A stretch of DNA of 64,000 nucleotides, taken from NCBI GenBank assembly GCA_963727525.1, contig CAVSGO010000007.1, positions 896,001 to 960,000 of the forward strand. The letters run 5' to 3'. Position 1 is the stretch's first letter; every line of letters starts with the position of its first letter. Below, piece after piece: positions 56,247 to 64,000 of the stretch. Position numbers and translations under genes: made by a program. This DNA comes from an uncultured bacterium (lineage in GTDB: Bacteria; Krumholzibacteriota; Krumholzibacteriia; LZORAL124-64-63). The notes under the pieces were generated by a model. That model was not told where the DNA came from, searched no databases, and saw only the letters and a list, made by a program, of their open reading frames with translations.

Positions 56247-58543
56247 CGCGCGAGCAGCCAGCGATAGATCTCGCGATCGGTGAGCACGGCAGCCACGTAG
56301 CGCCGGGTCTCGTCGTAGCCTATCCAGGCCTGGAAGATGGCGCGATCGGACACGCCGCCGAGCTGACGATCCCAGCGGGCCACGGCCCCGGCGCCGGCAT
56401 TGTAGGCCGCGACCGCCCGGTAGGGATCGCCTGCGAAGCGCACACGCTCTGCCGCCAGCAGCGCATCGCCCTTGCGAAGGGATGTGGCCGCCTGCGACCA
56501 GTGCTGGGCGCCGGGCAAGCGCGCTTCCTCGCCGAAGTGGATCGGCATGATCTGCATGTAGCCCAGGGCACCGGCTCGCGAACGGTCGGCCGGCTCGAAG
56601 AGCGATTCATTGCGCGCGATCGCCAGCAGCAGGGCCGGACCCACCTCCGCCTCACCGAGCGCCTCGCGGATGCTCGCCGCCGACGGCACGGGATACTCGA
56701 GGCGGAGCTGTCGGTCCTCCGTCACCCGCGAGAGGGGCAACGTCACGGCCGCTGCGATCTGACCGCGCGCGTCGCCGGTGACGATCGCCAGCCCGAGCAG
56801 GGCGTGGCGTCGGGCCAGGGCCTGCCCCTCGCTCCCGCGGCTCGCCGCCACCAGCGCGGGGACCGGCGACGCCTCGGGCAGGGCACCGTCACCCGCCGCG
56901 GCGCCCACGTCGCCAGCGAGCACCCACCGCCGCAGCCCCTCGGCATCCGGATCGGTTGCCAGGTACGCGCCGATCGCCTGGCACGCCGTTCGGTAGCGAT
57001 GCCCCGCGGCGCCGGCCACGCCCGCCAGGGCAAGCCGGTAGGCCGCGTCGCGCGCCGTCGTGCCGGGCAGCTCGAGGTGCTGCCCGAGCGCCGCCCAGTC
57101 GCCCAGAAGCGTATCGCACCAGGCCGCGGCCGACGGCAATGTCATGTCGATTGGGCCGGGTTCCGGCAAGTTCAGGTCCGGCGCCTCTCCCGCGATCACG
57201 CGCGCCCGGGCCGCATCCCGCCGGGTCGCCGGCGGGTCGGGTGCTTGCGCAGGATCGAGCCGAGCCAACCAGGGCGCCGCCTCCTCGGCGAAGGCCTCGG
57301 CCTGCGTACCGGTGAGGCGGTCATGGGCGAGCGTGAGCACGCGCTGCGCATCGTGTGGACGCTTCCGGGCCTCGGCGAGCACGAGCATCTGCACGGCCCA
57401 GCTCCGCAGCTTGCGCTGCATCGACCAGGAGGCGTCGCTGCCGATCAGGGCGAGTCCCTGGGCGAGGTCGGCCAGCGCCTGCGGCCAGGCTCCGGCGAGC
57501 AATCGCGCCTCGCTGGCACGGCGCCACATGTCGAGGCGGTGGCCGTCCTTGAGCCCGGGCAGGCCGGCCAGGCTCTCATACCAGGCGCCGTCTCCGGATT
57601 GCCGTCGGCGCTGTCCGCGCAGCCAGTAGCCCTGCAGGAGGCCGTCCGTCGGCGGCTTCGGAAAGCGAGCGAAGTGCGATGCGAGATCAGCCGCCGGCAG
57701 GACCAGCGCGCCGAGACCCGCCTCCACCTCGGGAGGAAAGCCCGCGGCACGAAGCTGCGCCGCCGTGAGCCAGGCCTCGCCACCACTCGCGAGCGCGAGT
57801 CCGAGGGCGGGAGTCGCTTCCCCGGGCGGCACGAGCGGCTGGCCCGTCGCGCGCCGGCAGGCCACCCAGAGCGCCCAGCCGGAGCGCACGTCGAAGAGGC
57901 CCAGGTCCGGCAGCAAGGGCCACACCACATCGAGCGCGACCGGTGCCTGCGCGCGCTGGGCCAGGCACCGCGCCCGGAGATCCCACACGAAAGCCTCCTC
58001 GCTGGAGAGACCGAGCACATCGCGCGCGGCCACGAGCCGCCACGCGCAGGCCGCCGCCGCCGCCGCGTTCCCGTCCTCCCAGAGCCGGCTCGCCATCAGC
58101 ATGAGACGCGGGGCCGCGAGCCAGGCGTGCGACCCCGGCTGCGGGGCCGCGAGCCAGCGCCCCTCGGCGGTCGCCACGAGCGTGTCGCGGGTCGCGCGCG
58201 CGCTGGCGACCCAGGCTGCGAGGGCGGCGTCGGACCCGAGACTGGCCGGGATCAGGAGCGCGCCGGCGCGCGAGGAGTCGGCCGTGATACCCTGAGCGCC
58301 GAGGCAGGCGTCCAGACCGTCCCGCCACGCCAGGTCGAGAGCGAGTGGGTGGAGCAGATCCGCGGGCCATCCACCACTCACGGACACATCGTCCGGTTCG
58401 CGAAAGACGCCCGTCCGCAGCTCCTCGAGGAAGGGGTCGTGCACCACGGCGCCGTACGCCACGGCGCGGGAATGCCCGACCGCCGGCGCCGCAAGGGCAC
58501 ACAGCGTACACAGGAAACGGATCACGGCGCCGCGCCCTCTCAT
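56243..58543 (-). CDS. Secreted lytic transglycosylase (C-terminal SLT domain)
   Basis: Signal peptide; [30 protein letters not shown]. Confidence 0.85.
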   Translation of the reverse strand: MRGRGAVIRFLCTLCALAAPAVGHSRAVAYGAVVHDPFLEELRTGVFREPDDVSVSGGWPADLLHPLALDLAWRDGLDACLGAQGITADSSRAGALLIPASLGSDAALAAWVASARATRDTLVATAEGRWLAAPQPGSHAWLAAPRLMLMASRLWEDGNAAAAAACAWRLVAARDVLGLSSEEAFVWDLRARCLAQRAQAPVALDVVWPLLPDLGLFDVRSGWALWVACRRATGQPLVPPGEATPALGLALASGGEAWLTAAQLRAAGFPPEVEAGLGALVLPAADLASHFARFPKPPTDGLLQGYWLRGQRRRQSGDGAWYESLAGLPGLKDGHRLDMWRRASEARLLAGAWPQALADLAQGLALIGSDASWSMQRKLRSWAVQMLVLAEARKRPHDAQRVLTLAHDRLTGTQAEAFAEEAAPWLARLDPAQAPDPPATRRDAARARVIAGEAPDLNLPEPGPIDMTLPSAAAWCDTLLGDWAALGQHLELPGTTARDAAYRLALAGVAGAAGHRYRTACQAIGAYLATDPDAEGLRRWVLAGDVGAAAGDGALPEASPVPALVAASRGSEGQALARRHALLGLAIVTGDARGQIAAAVTLPLSRVTEDRQLRLEYPVPSAASIREALGEAEVGPALLLAIARNESLFEPADRSRAGALGYMQIMPIHFGEEARLPGAQHWSQAATSLRKGDALLAAERVRFAGDPYRAVAAYNAGAGAVARWDRQLGGVSDRAIFQAWIGYDETRRYVAAVLTDREIYRWLLAR

Positions 58544-61329
58544 CGGACCCACGCCGCCTTGCGCGTCACGCATTGCCCGCGCGCCTCGAGACGCAGCACG
58601 TACACGCCCGCAGCGACCCGGCGACCACCCTCGTCCCGGCCATCCCAGGCGAGGGTGCCCTGCAGGGCGCCCAGGCGCCAGCGCCTCACGCGCCGTCCGC
58701 GCAGGTCGTAGATGCTCAGCCGCGCGTCCGGGTCGCCACCGCCGTCCACCTGCACGCGCATCTCCGAATGCGCCGGGTTCGGACGCGGCAGACCGAGGGC
58801 GATCGCGGCCACCGAGGACGTCGGCGACCACGCCACCGCGCGCGAAACGACGTCGCCGAGGCTGGTTGCCGCCGCCACGCGTAGCCACGTGACGGCGGCC
58901 GCGAGCGCGTCGGCCGGCACCGGCGCCGCTTGCAGCGCACCGGGCACGGGCGCCACCGTCGTGACCCGTTGCCAGGTCGCGCGCGCATCGCGGCTGATCT
59001 CGATGGCGTAGGTCTGCGCCGCCTCGCCCGCCCAGTTCCAGGTCACGGTCACCCCGCCGCCGTCGCCAACGTGCAAGGCCACCGGGAACGCGCTCGCCGG
59101 CGGCCGGCTCTGCAGCGTGTCCAGCCGGGCCACGAGCCAGCCCCGTTCCCAGAACGCGGGACTCGCCGCGAGGTGCAAGCGCAGGCGCCAGGGTCCCGGT
59201 CCGTCCGGAACCGGCACGACATCGACGCGCCAGCGCGGCCGGCCGTCGACGAGCACGCTGTCCACGCCCGTCCAGGCCGCCACGCCGTGCAGGGGCTGCG
59301 CGGCCTGCCCTGAGCAGCGCCCCGGATAGCCGTCGACCGGGATGGCCGGGGACACGGTCCCGTCCGGTCCGAGCCACTCAGCCACGCAGGCATCGACCCC
59401 CAACCCGGTGGGCAGCGCCTCCACCTCCACATGGTGCACGAGTCGGACACCCGTGACCTGCGGCGCCAGCAATTCGGAGACGAGGATGGCCTCGCCTCGA
59501 TTCGAATACCTCACGAAGGGCCACGCCGCGGCACTGGTGTAGGCGGCTCCCGTGCAGGCGAGCACGGGCGAGCCGTCGCCCGTCGCGCCCGTCCCCGGAC
59601 TCCAGCGGTGCCACATGGTCTCGCTGTCGCCACCAGGGTAGAGCTGCGACCACGGCCCCGGCCAGACCTGCGCGAAGTCGAGCGGTGCCGCCGACGCCGT
59701 CCACGCCCAGAGGCGGGTGACATGCGTCACCACCTGCATGCCGCCCCCGGACACTGCGTCGAGCACCTGCACGTCGAACGACGTCATCGCGCCGGCCGGG
59801 AGGTCCGGCGCGGGGTCCCAGGACAACGGTCCGGATCGCCAGAGTCCGGGCGCCACCGCTTGCAGCGGGCTCGTGAACACGTCGACACCCCCGGCGAACG
59901 AACCATGGTGGGCGCCGGGACCGAGCGCCACGGACACCGAGGGATCGGTGAGCGACCAGCCACGCTCCGTCACGTCGACGTAGAACGCCGGGGAGGGCGT
60001 ATCGTCGTCCAGGCTCAGAACGATATCGCAGGCGAAGTCGACCTGGTCATCCACCACGAGCGCGACACCCGTGGGCACCGTGGTGATCCCCGTGACGGCG
60101 ATGCCCGTGGCGCCGCCGTAGCGGTCGCTCGATGGGGTCGTGAAGGGGGTGAGCGCCGTCGTGCCGGCGCTGCCGGGAAAGACGTCGCTCGCGTCGCCGA
60201 GCGCGGCTCCCGTCGCCACGTCCGCGCCGCCGTCGGCCTCGACGAGGCGCACCCGCAGGTGCCGTTCCGGCCCGGCGGGATCGGCGAGGGCGCCCTCGGC
60301 GACGGTCTCGTCGATATGCGTGATCACGAGCTGGCCAGGCGGCAGGGCCGCGTCATAAGGAGCCGTCCGCGGATCGCCGCGCACCTCCAGCACGAAGAAC
60401 TCGGGCCCGGCGGCACCATCGGCCCAGAGGCGCCAAGCCGCGCCGGAATCGCGCGAGGGCGTGAGTGTTGCCGCCGTGGTGCCGTCGCCGCGCAATGCGG
60501 CGAGTGCGAGCCAGCCGAGCTGCGTGCAGGTGTAGGCGTCGGGCAGCGCAGGGTCATGGGCATCGCCGCTACCCCACATGCCCGCGGCCATCAGACTGAA
60601 GTTGCCGAGGCCTCCGCTTGCCACGACCTCGCCGCTGGCCGGAAGGTACGGGTCGTACCGATCCTCGAGTCCGAACAGGTGCGCCGTCTCGTGCGCCCAG
60701 AGGCCGAGACCGCTACGGGCAGCGACCACGGCGAACATCTGGGCCTTCACGCCATCCTGCACCACCGGGGTGACGAGGTAGTACTGCAGGGGCAGGATGA
60801 GCCCGTGCTCGATATCGTTCTCGACGCCGGTGCCTGCATGCAGGAGCAGCACCCCATCGACCTCGCCGTCGCCATCACGGTCGGCATCCGCCAGGCGCGC
60901 GCCGGCGGCGATCGCACCGCCGATCGCCTGGGCGGCCAGCGCCCGCGTGCGACTGTGCCCGTTGTAATCGATGTCGGAGTAGGCGCGGCGGTCGCCAGCG
61001 AGGCGCACGACCGGTGTCATCGTCACCGAGAGGGCCGCGTGGCCCTGCGACGCGACGTGGAAGTAGTCGGCCAGCGAACCGCGGGCATCGGCGACGAGGC
61101 GCGGCCCGAGCGCGGCGACGGTATCGTAATCGTCGGGGAAGCGCGCATCCGCGAAATCGACGGGGATCACGAGCAGCCCGAACGCGGCCGGCGCGTCGGA
61201 CTTCGCGTGCACCTGTTCGCGTACGGCCGCGCGGCGGCCGGCGCGCAGCGCATGCAGCAGGTCGTCCGCGACCGCGGACCGTGTCACGAGCACGACGAGC
61301 AGCGCCGCGATCACGGCGAGCCAGCGCAC
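58540..61329 (-). CDS. M6-family (immune inhibitor A-like) metalloprotease with FlgD-Ig/T9SS-like C-terminal domain
   Basis: LVIPVDFAD, HAG, HETAHLFGLEDRY, FSLMAAG; tail PRPNP...SIYDLRGRRVR...WDGRDEGGRRVAAGVY. Confidence 0.85.
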   Translation of the reverse strand: MRWLAVIAALLVVLVTRSAVADDLLHALRAGRRAAVREQVHAKSDAPAAFGLLVIPVDFADARFPDDYDTVAALGPRLVADARGSLADYFHVASQGHAALSVTMTPVVRLAGDRRAYSDIDYNGHSRTRALAAQAIGGAIAAGARLADADRDGDGEVDGVLLLHAGTGVENDIEHGLILPLQYYLVTPVVQDGVKAQMFAVVAARSGLGLWAHETAHLFGLEDRYDPYLPASGEVVASGGLGNFSLMAAGMWGSGDAHDPALPDAYTCTQLGWLALAALRGDGTTAATLTPSRDSGAAWRLWADGAAGPEFFVLEVRGDPRTAPYDAALPPGQLVITHIDETVAEGALADPAGPERHLRVRLVEADGGADVATGAALGDASDVFPGSAGTTALTPFTTPSSDRYGGATGIAVTGITTVPTGVALVVDDQVDFACDIVLSLDDDTPSPAFYVDVTERGWSLTDPSVSVALGPGAHHGSFAGGVDVFTSPLQAVAPGLWRSGPLSWDPAPDLPAGAMTSFDVQVLDAVSGGGMQVVTHVTRLWAWTASAAPLDFAQVWPGPWSQLYPGGDSETMWHRWSPGTGATGDGSPVLACTGAAYTSAAAWPFVRYSNRGEAILVSELLAPQVTGVRLVHHVEVEALPTGLGVDACVAEWLGPDGTVSPAIPVDGYPGRCSGQAAQPLHGVAAWTGVDSVLVDGRPRWRVDVVPVPDGPGPWRLRLHLAASPAFWERGWLVARLDTLQSRPPASAFPVALHVGDGGGVTVTWNWAGEAAQTYAIEISRDARATWQRVTTVAPVPGALQAAPVPADALAAAVTWLRVAAATSLGDVVSRAVAWSPTSSVAAIALGLPRPNPAHSEMRVQVDGGGDPDARLSIYDLRGRRVRRWRLGALQGTLAWDGRDEGGRRVAAGVYVLRLEARGQCVTRKAAWVR

Positions 61330-61330
61330 C

Positions 61331-62884
61331 TCACTCCCACTCGATCGTGCTCGGTGGCTTGCTGCTGATGTCGTACACGACACGGTTGACACCGTGAACC
61401 TCGTTGATGATCCGATTGCTGACGCGGGCGAGGATGGCGTCGGGGATGCGCGCCCAGTCGGCGGTCATGCCATCCCGACTGGTCACGGCGCGCAACGCAA
61501 CGACGTGCTCGTACGTGCGCTGGTCCCCCATGACCCCGACCGACCGCACGGGCAGCAGGATGGCGCCGGCCTGCCAGATCGCATCGTACTGTCCAGTGGC
61601 CAGCAGCTCCTCGATGAAGATACGATCCGCTTTCTGCAAAAGCGAGACGCGCTCGGCCGTCACCTCGCCGAGAATACGCACGGCAAGCCCCGGACCGGGG
61701 AAGGGATGGCGCTGCAGCAGTTCGCGTGGCAATCCGAGCTGCTCGCCGACACGCCGCACCTCGTCCTTGAAGAGGTCGCGAAGCGGTTCCACGAGGGCGT
61801 AGCCCAGCTTCTCGGGCAGCCCGCCGACGTTGTGATGGGTCTTGATGACGCTGCTCGGGCCGGCCACCGACTGCGACTCGATGCGATCCGGGTACAGCGT
61901 GCCCTGGGCGAGGAAGCCGAACGGTCCCATCTCCCGCGTCGCCGCGGTGAACGTCTCGATGAAGGTGCCGCCGATGATCTTGCGCTTGCGCTCCGGTTCG
62001 CTGACGCCCGCCAACCGCCGCAGGAACTCCGGGCCCGCGTCGACACGCTGCAGCGGATGGTGCAGCAGGCGGTTGAGATGCTGCTCGACCCACTCGCTCT
62101 CGCCGTCGCGCATCATGCCGGTGTCCACGTATACCGCGTGCAGCCGGTCGCCGATGGCCTGGTCCATGAGCACGGCCATCACGCTGCTGTCCACGCCGCC
62201 GGATACGGCGCAGAGCACGCGGGCGTCGCCCACCTGCGCGCGGATCGCCGCCACCGCCTCCGTCACGAAGGCCGCCGCCGTCCACCGCGCCGTGATTCCG
62301 CACACGTCGCGTGCGAAAGCCTCGAGCATCGCCATGCCGTGCGGCGTGTGGGCCACCTCGGGATGGAACTGCACGCCATAGATGCGCCGCACCGGATCGC
62401 CGGCCGCGGCGTACGGAATGTCGGGCGTCCGCGCCAGGGCCCGGAACCCCTCCGGCAACGCGTCCACGCGGTCGCCATGACTCATCCACACGGGCTGCGT
62501 GAGCGGCAGGCCGGCAAAGAGGGTGTCCGCCTCCAGCACCTCGATCTGGGCGTGGCCATACTCGCGGTTCGCCGACGGCGCCAGCTTGCCGCCGAGCACC
62601 TGGCAGACGAGTTGCATGCCATAGCAGATCCCCAGCAACGGCAGGCCGCGCGCGAAGAGATCGGCGCCCACGGTGGGTGCGCCCGGGTCGTGCACGCTCG
62701 AGGGGCCGCCCGAGAGGATGATCCCTTGCACGTCAGGATCGTCGAGCACCTCGCGATACCGGATGTACGGCACCATCTCGCTGTAGACGCCCGCCTCGCG
62801 CAAGCGCCGCGTGATGAGCATGCTCACCTGCGAGCCGAAATCGAGGACGACGATCTTCGGGTGCGATACTGCGCCGTTGTTCAT
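61331..62884 (-). CDS. guaA: GMP synthase (glutamine-hydrolysing)
   Basis: LDFGSQ, GICYGMQ, QFHPEV, SGGVDS, IKTHHNVGG, KPPSTIEWE. Confidence 0.98.
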   Translation of the reverse strand: MNNGAVSHPKIVVLDFGSQVSMLITRRLREAGVYSEMVPYIRYREVLDDPDVQGIILSGGPSSVHDPGAPTVGADLFARGLPLLGICYGMQLVCQVLGGKLAPSANREYGHAQIEVLEADTLFAGLPLTQPVWMSHGDRVDALPEGFRALARTPDIPYAAAGDPVRRIYGVQFHPEVAHTPHGMAMLEAFARDVCGITARWTAAAFVTEAVAAIRAQVGDARVLCAVSGGVDSSVMAVLMDQAIGDRLHAVYVDTGMMRDGESEWVEQHLNRLLHHPLQRVDAGPEFLRRLAGVSEPERKRKIIGGTFIETFTAATREMGPFGFLAQGTLYPDRIESQSVAGPSSVIKTHHNVGGLPEKLGYALVEPLRDLFKDEVRRVGEQLGLPRELLQRHPFPGPGLAVRILGEVTAERVSLLQKADRIFIEELLATGQYDAIWQAGAILLPVRSVGVMGDQRTYEHVVALRAVTSRDGMTADWARIPDAILARVSNRIINEVHGVNRVVYDISSKPPSTIEWE

Positions 62885-62916
62885 GGTCACCTGGTGGTTC
62901 CGCCTCGTGGTTCCGC

Positions 62917-63999
62917 TCAATGGTTGAAGTGCCGCCGATCCGTGAAGATCAGCGTGACGCCCAGCTTCTGCGCCGCCGCGGCCACCTCGTCGTCGCGGAT
63001 GGAGCCGCCCGGCGCGATGACGGCGCGCGCCCCGGCCGCCGCCAGGGCCTCCACGCCGTCGGGGAACGGGAAGAAGCCGTCGCTCGCCGCCACGCAGCCC
63101 TGCAGGTCGAGGTTCTGGTCGGCGGCCTTGCGCACGGCCAGCTTCACCGAATCGACGCGGCTCATCTGTCCGAAACCGCAGCCGAGCGTGGCGGTCTCGT
63201 CGGCCAGCACGATGGCGTTGCTCTTGCCGTGCTTGGCGACCATCCACGCCAGGGTGAGCGCGCGCCGCATGCCGGCATCGGGCTCATCGCCGGCCGCCAC
63301 GCGCCAGCTCGCCAGTTCCGGGAATCCGCGATCCTCGTCCTGATGCAACACGAGCTGGCCATAGCTGCGGCTACGGTCGCGCGTCGCCGCCGTGAACACC
63401 GAAAGATCGCAGCTCAGCACGCGGACGTTCTTCTTCTTGCGCAGCCGCGCGAGTGCCTCCTCCGCAAAGGCCGGCGCCACGACGACCTCGAGGAAGCGAC
63501 CGGCCAGGTCGTTCGCCGTGTCCGCGTCGATGGGTCGATTGAACGCGAAGATACCTCCGAATGCCGACACGGGATCGCAAAGCAGCGCTCGCGCGAGCGC
63601 CTCGCGCGATTCCCCGAGCCCGAAGCCGCAGGGGTTGGTGTGCTTGAGGACGGCGCAGCAACTCTCGGCACTGTCGGCCACCAGCTTCAGCGCCGCCACC
63701 AGGTCGACGATGTTGTTGTAGCTGAGTTCTTTGCCGCCGTGCATCTCGAGGCCGAGACCCGACAGCTCGCCCGCGCCGGCGTGTGGCGCCGGCACCACGA
63801 GCGACGCCTGCTGATGCGGATTCTCTCCGTAGCGCAAACCGAGCCGCGCCGTGGCCGAAGACGAGCCGCCGGTCTGGGTCGCGAACCAGCCGGCGATCGC
63901 GGCGTCGTACTTCGCCGTGAGCAGGAACGCGTCGGCCGCGAGGCGGCGGCGGAACTCGATGTCGGTATCGCCGTCGTGACGGCGCACCTCGTGCAGGAA
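62917..63999 (-). CDS. purH: Bifunctional AICAR transformylase/IMP cyclohydrolase (5' part outside window)
   Basis: LRYGENPHQ, GKELSYNN, KHTNPCG, GQMSRVDS, ASDGFFPF, RHFNH. Confidence 0.96.
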   Translation of the reverse strand, partial: FLHEVRRHDGDTDIEFRRRLAADAFLLTAKYDAAIAGWFATQTGGSSSATARLGLRYGENPHQQASLVVPAPHAGAGELSGLGLEMHGGKELSYNNIVDLVAALKLVADSAESCCAVLKHTNPCGFGLGESREALARALLCDPVSAFGGIFAFNRPIDADTANDLAGRFLEVVVAPAFAEEALARLRKKKNVRVLSCDLSVFTAATRDRSRSYGQLVLHQDEDRGFPELASWRVAAGDEPDAGMRRALTLAWMVAKHGKSNAIVLADETATLGCGFGQMSRVDSVKLAVRKAADQNLDLQGCVAASDGFFPFPDGVEALAAAGARAVIAPGGSIRDDEVAAAAQKLGVTLIFTDRRHFNH

Positions 64000-64000
64000 C

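Noticed and set aside
1637-64000. E. coli-type KOPS (GGGNAGGG) polarity towards dif
   Set aside because: Spot checks found both orientations (e.g. CCCTTCCC at 3720, GGGCAGGG at 5262); a full count is needed before claiming anything.

Overview
High-GC bacterial chromosome segment, densely packed with housekeeping genes. SecA carries FCB-type insertions, there is an M6 protease with a FlgD-Ig/T9SS-like tail, and two secreted proteins end in a W-x-x-V-K-x-L-F-R tail. Together these suggest an FCB-associated lineage such as Krumholzibacteriota, Latescibacterota or Eisenbacteria (inference). A 28-bp dif site (25/28 identical to E. coli dif) lies at 1609-1636, exactly where gene orientation flips: lptE-holA-trxA point towards it on +, while 50 of the 53 CDSs called after it and all 4 tRNAs point back at it on -. 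xerD, xerC, scpAB and topA are in the same window, so this is probably the replication terminus. No transposase, prophage or CRISPR array was seen. The most novel-looking items are: (i) two tandem paralogous secreted proteins sharing a C-terminal W-[SG]-[ND]-V-K-[SA]-L-F-R-stop motif, a candidate undescribed sorting signal; (ii) a Rossmann/GAF/degenerate-GGDEF protein with an intact RxxD I-site inserted between mutS and mutL; (iii) an orphan PqqD/RRE protein; (iv) an orphan ORF at the 3' end of tRNA-Gly; (v) a Cmk-PlsC fusion. Start codons were refined by eye from RBS and overlap patterns; no database searches were run.
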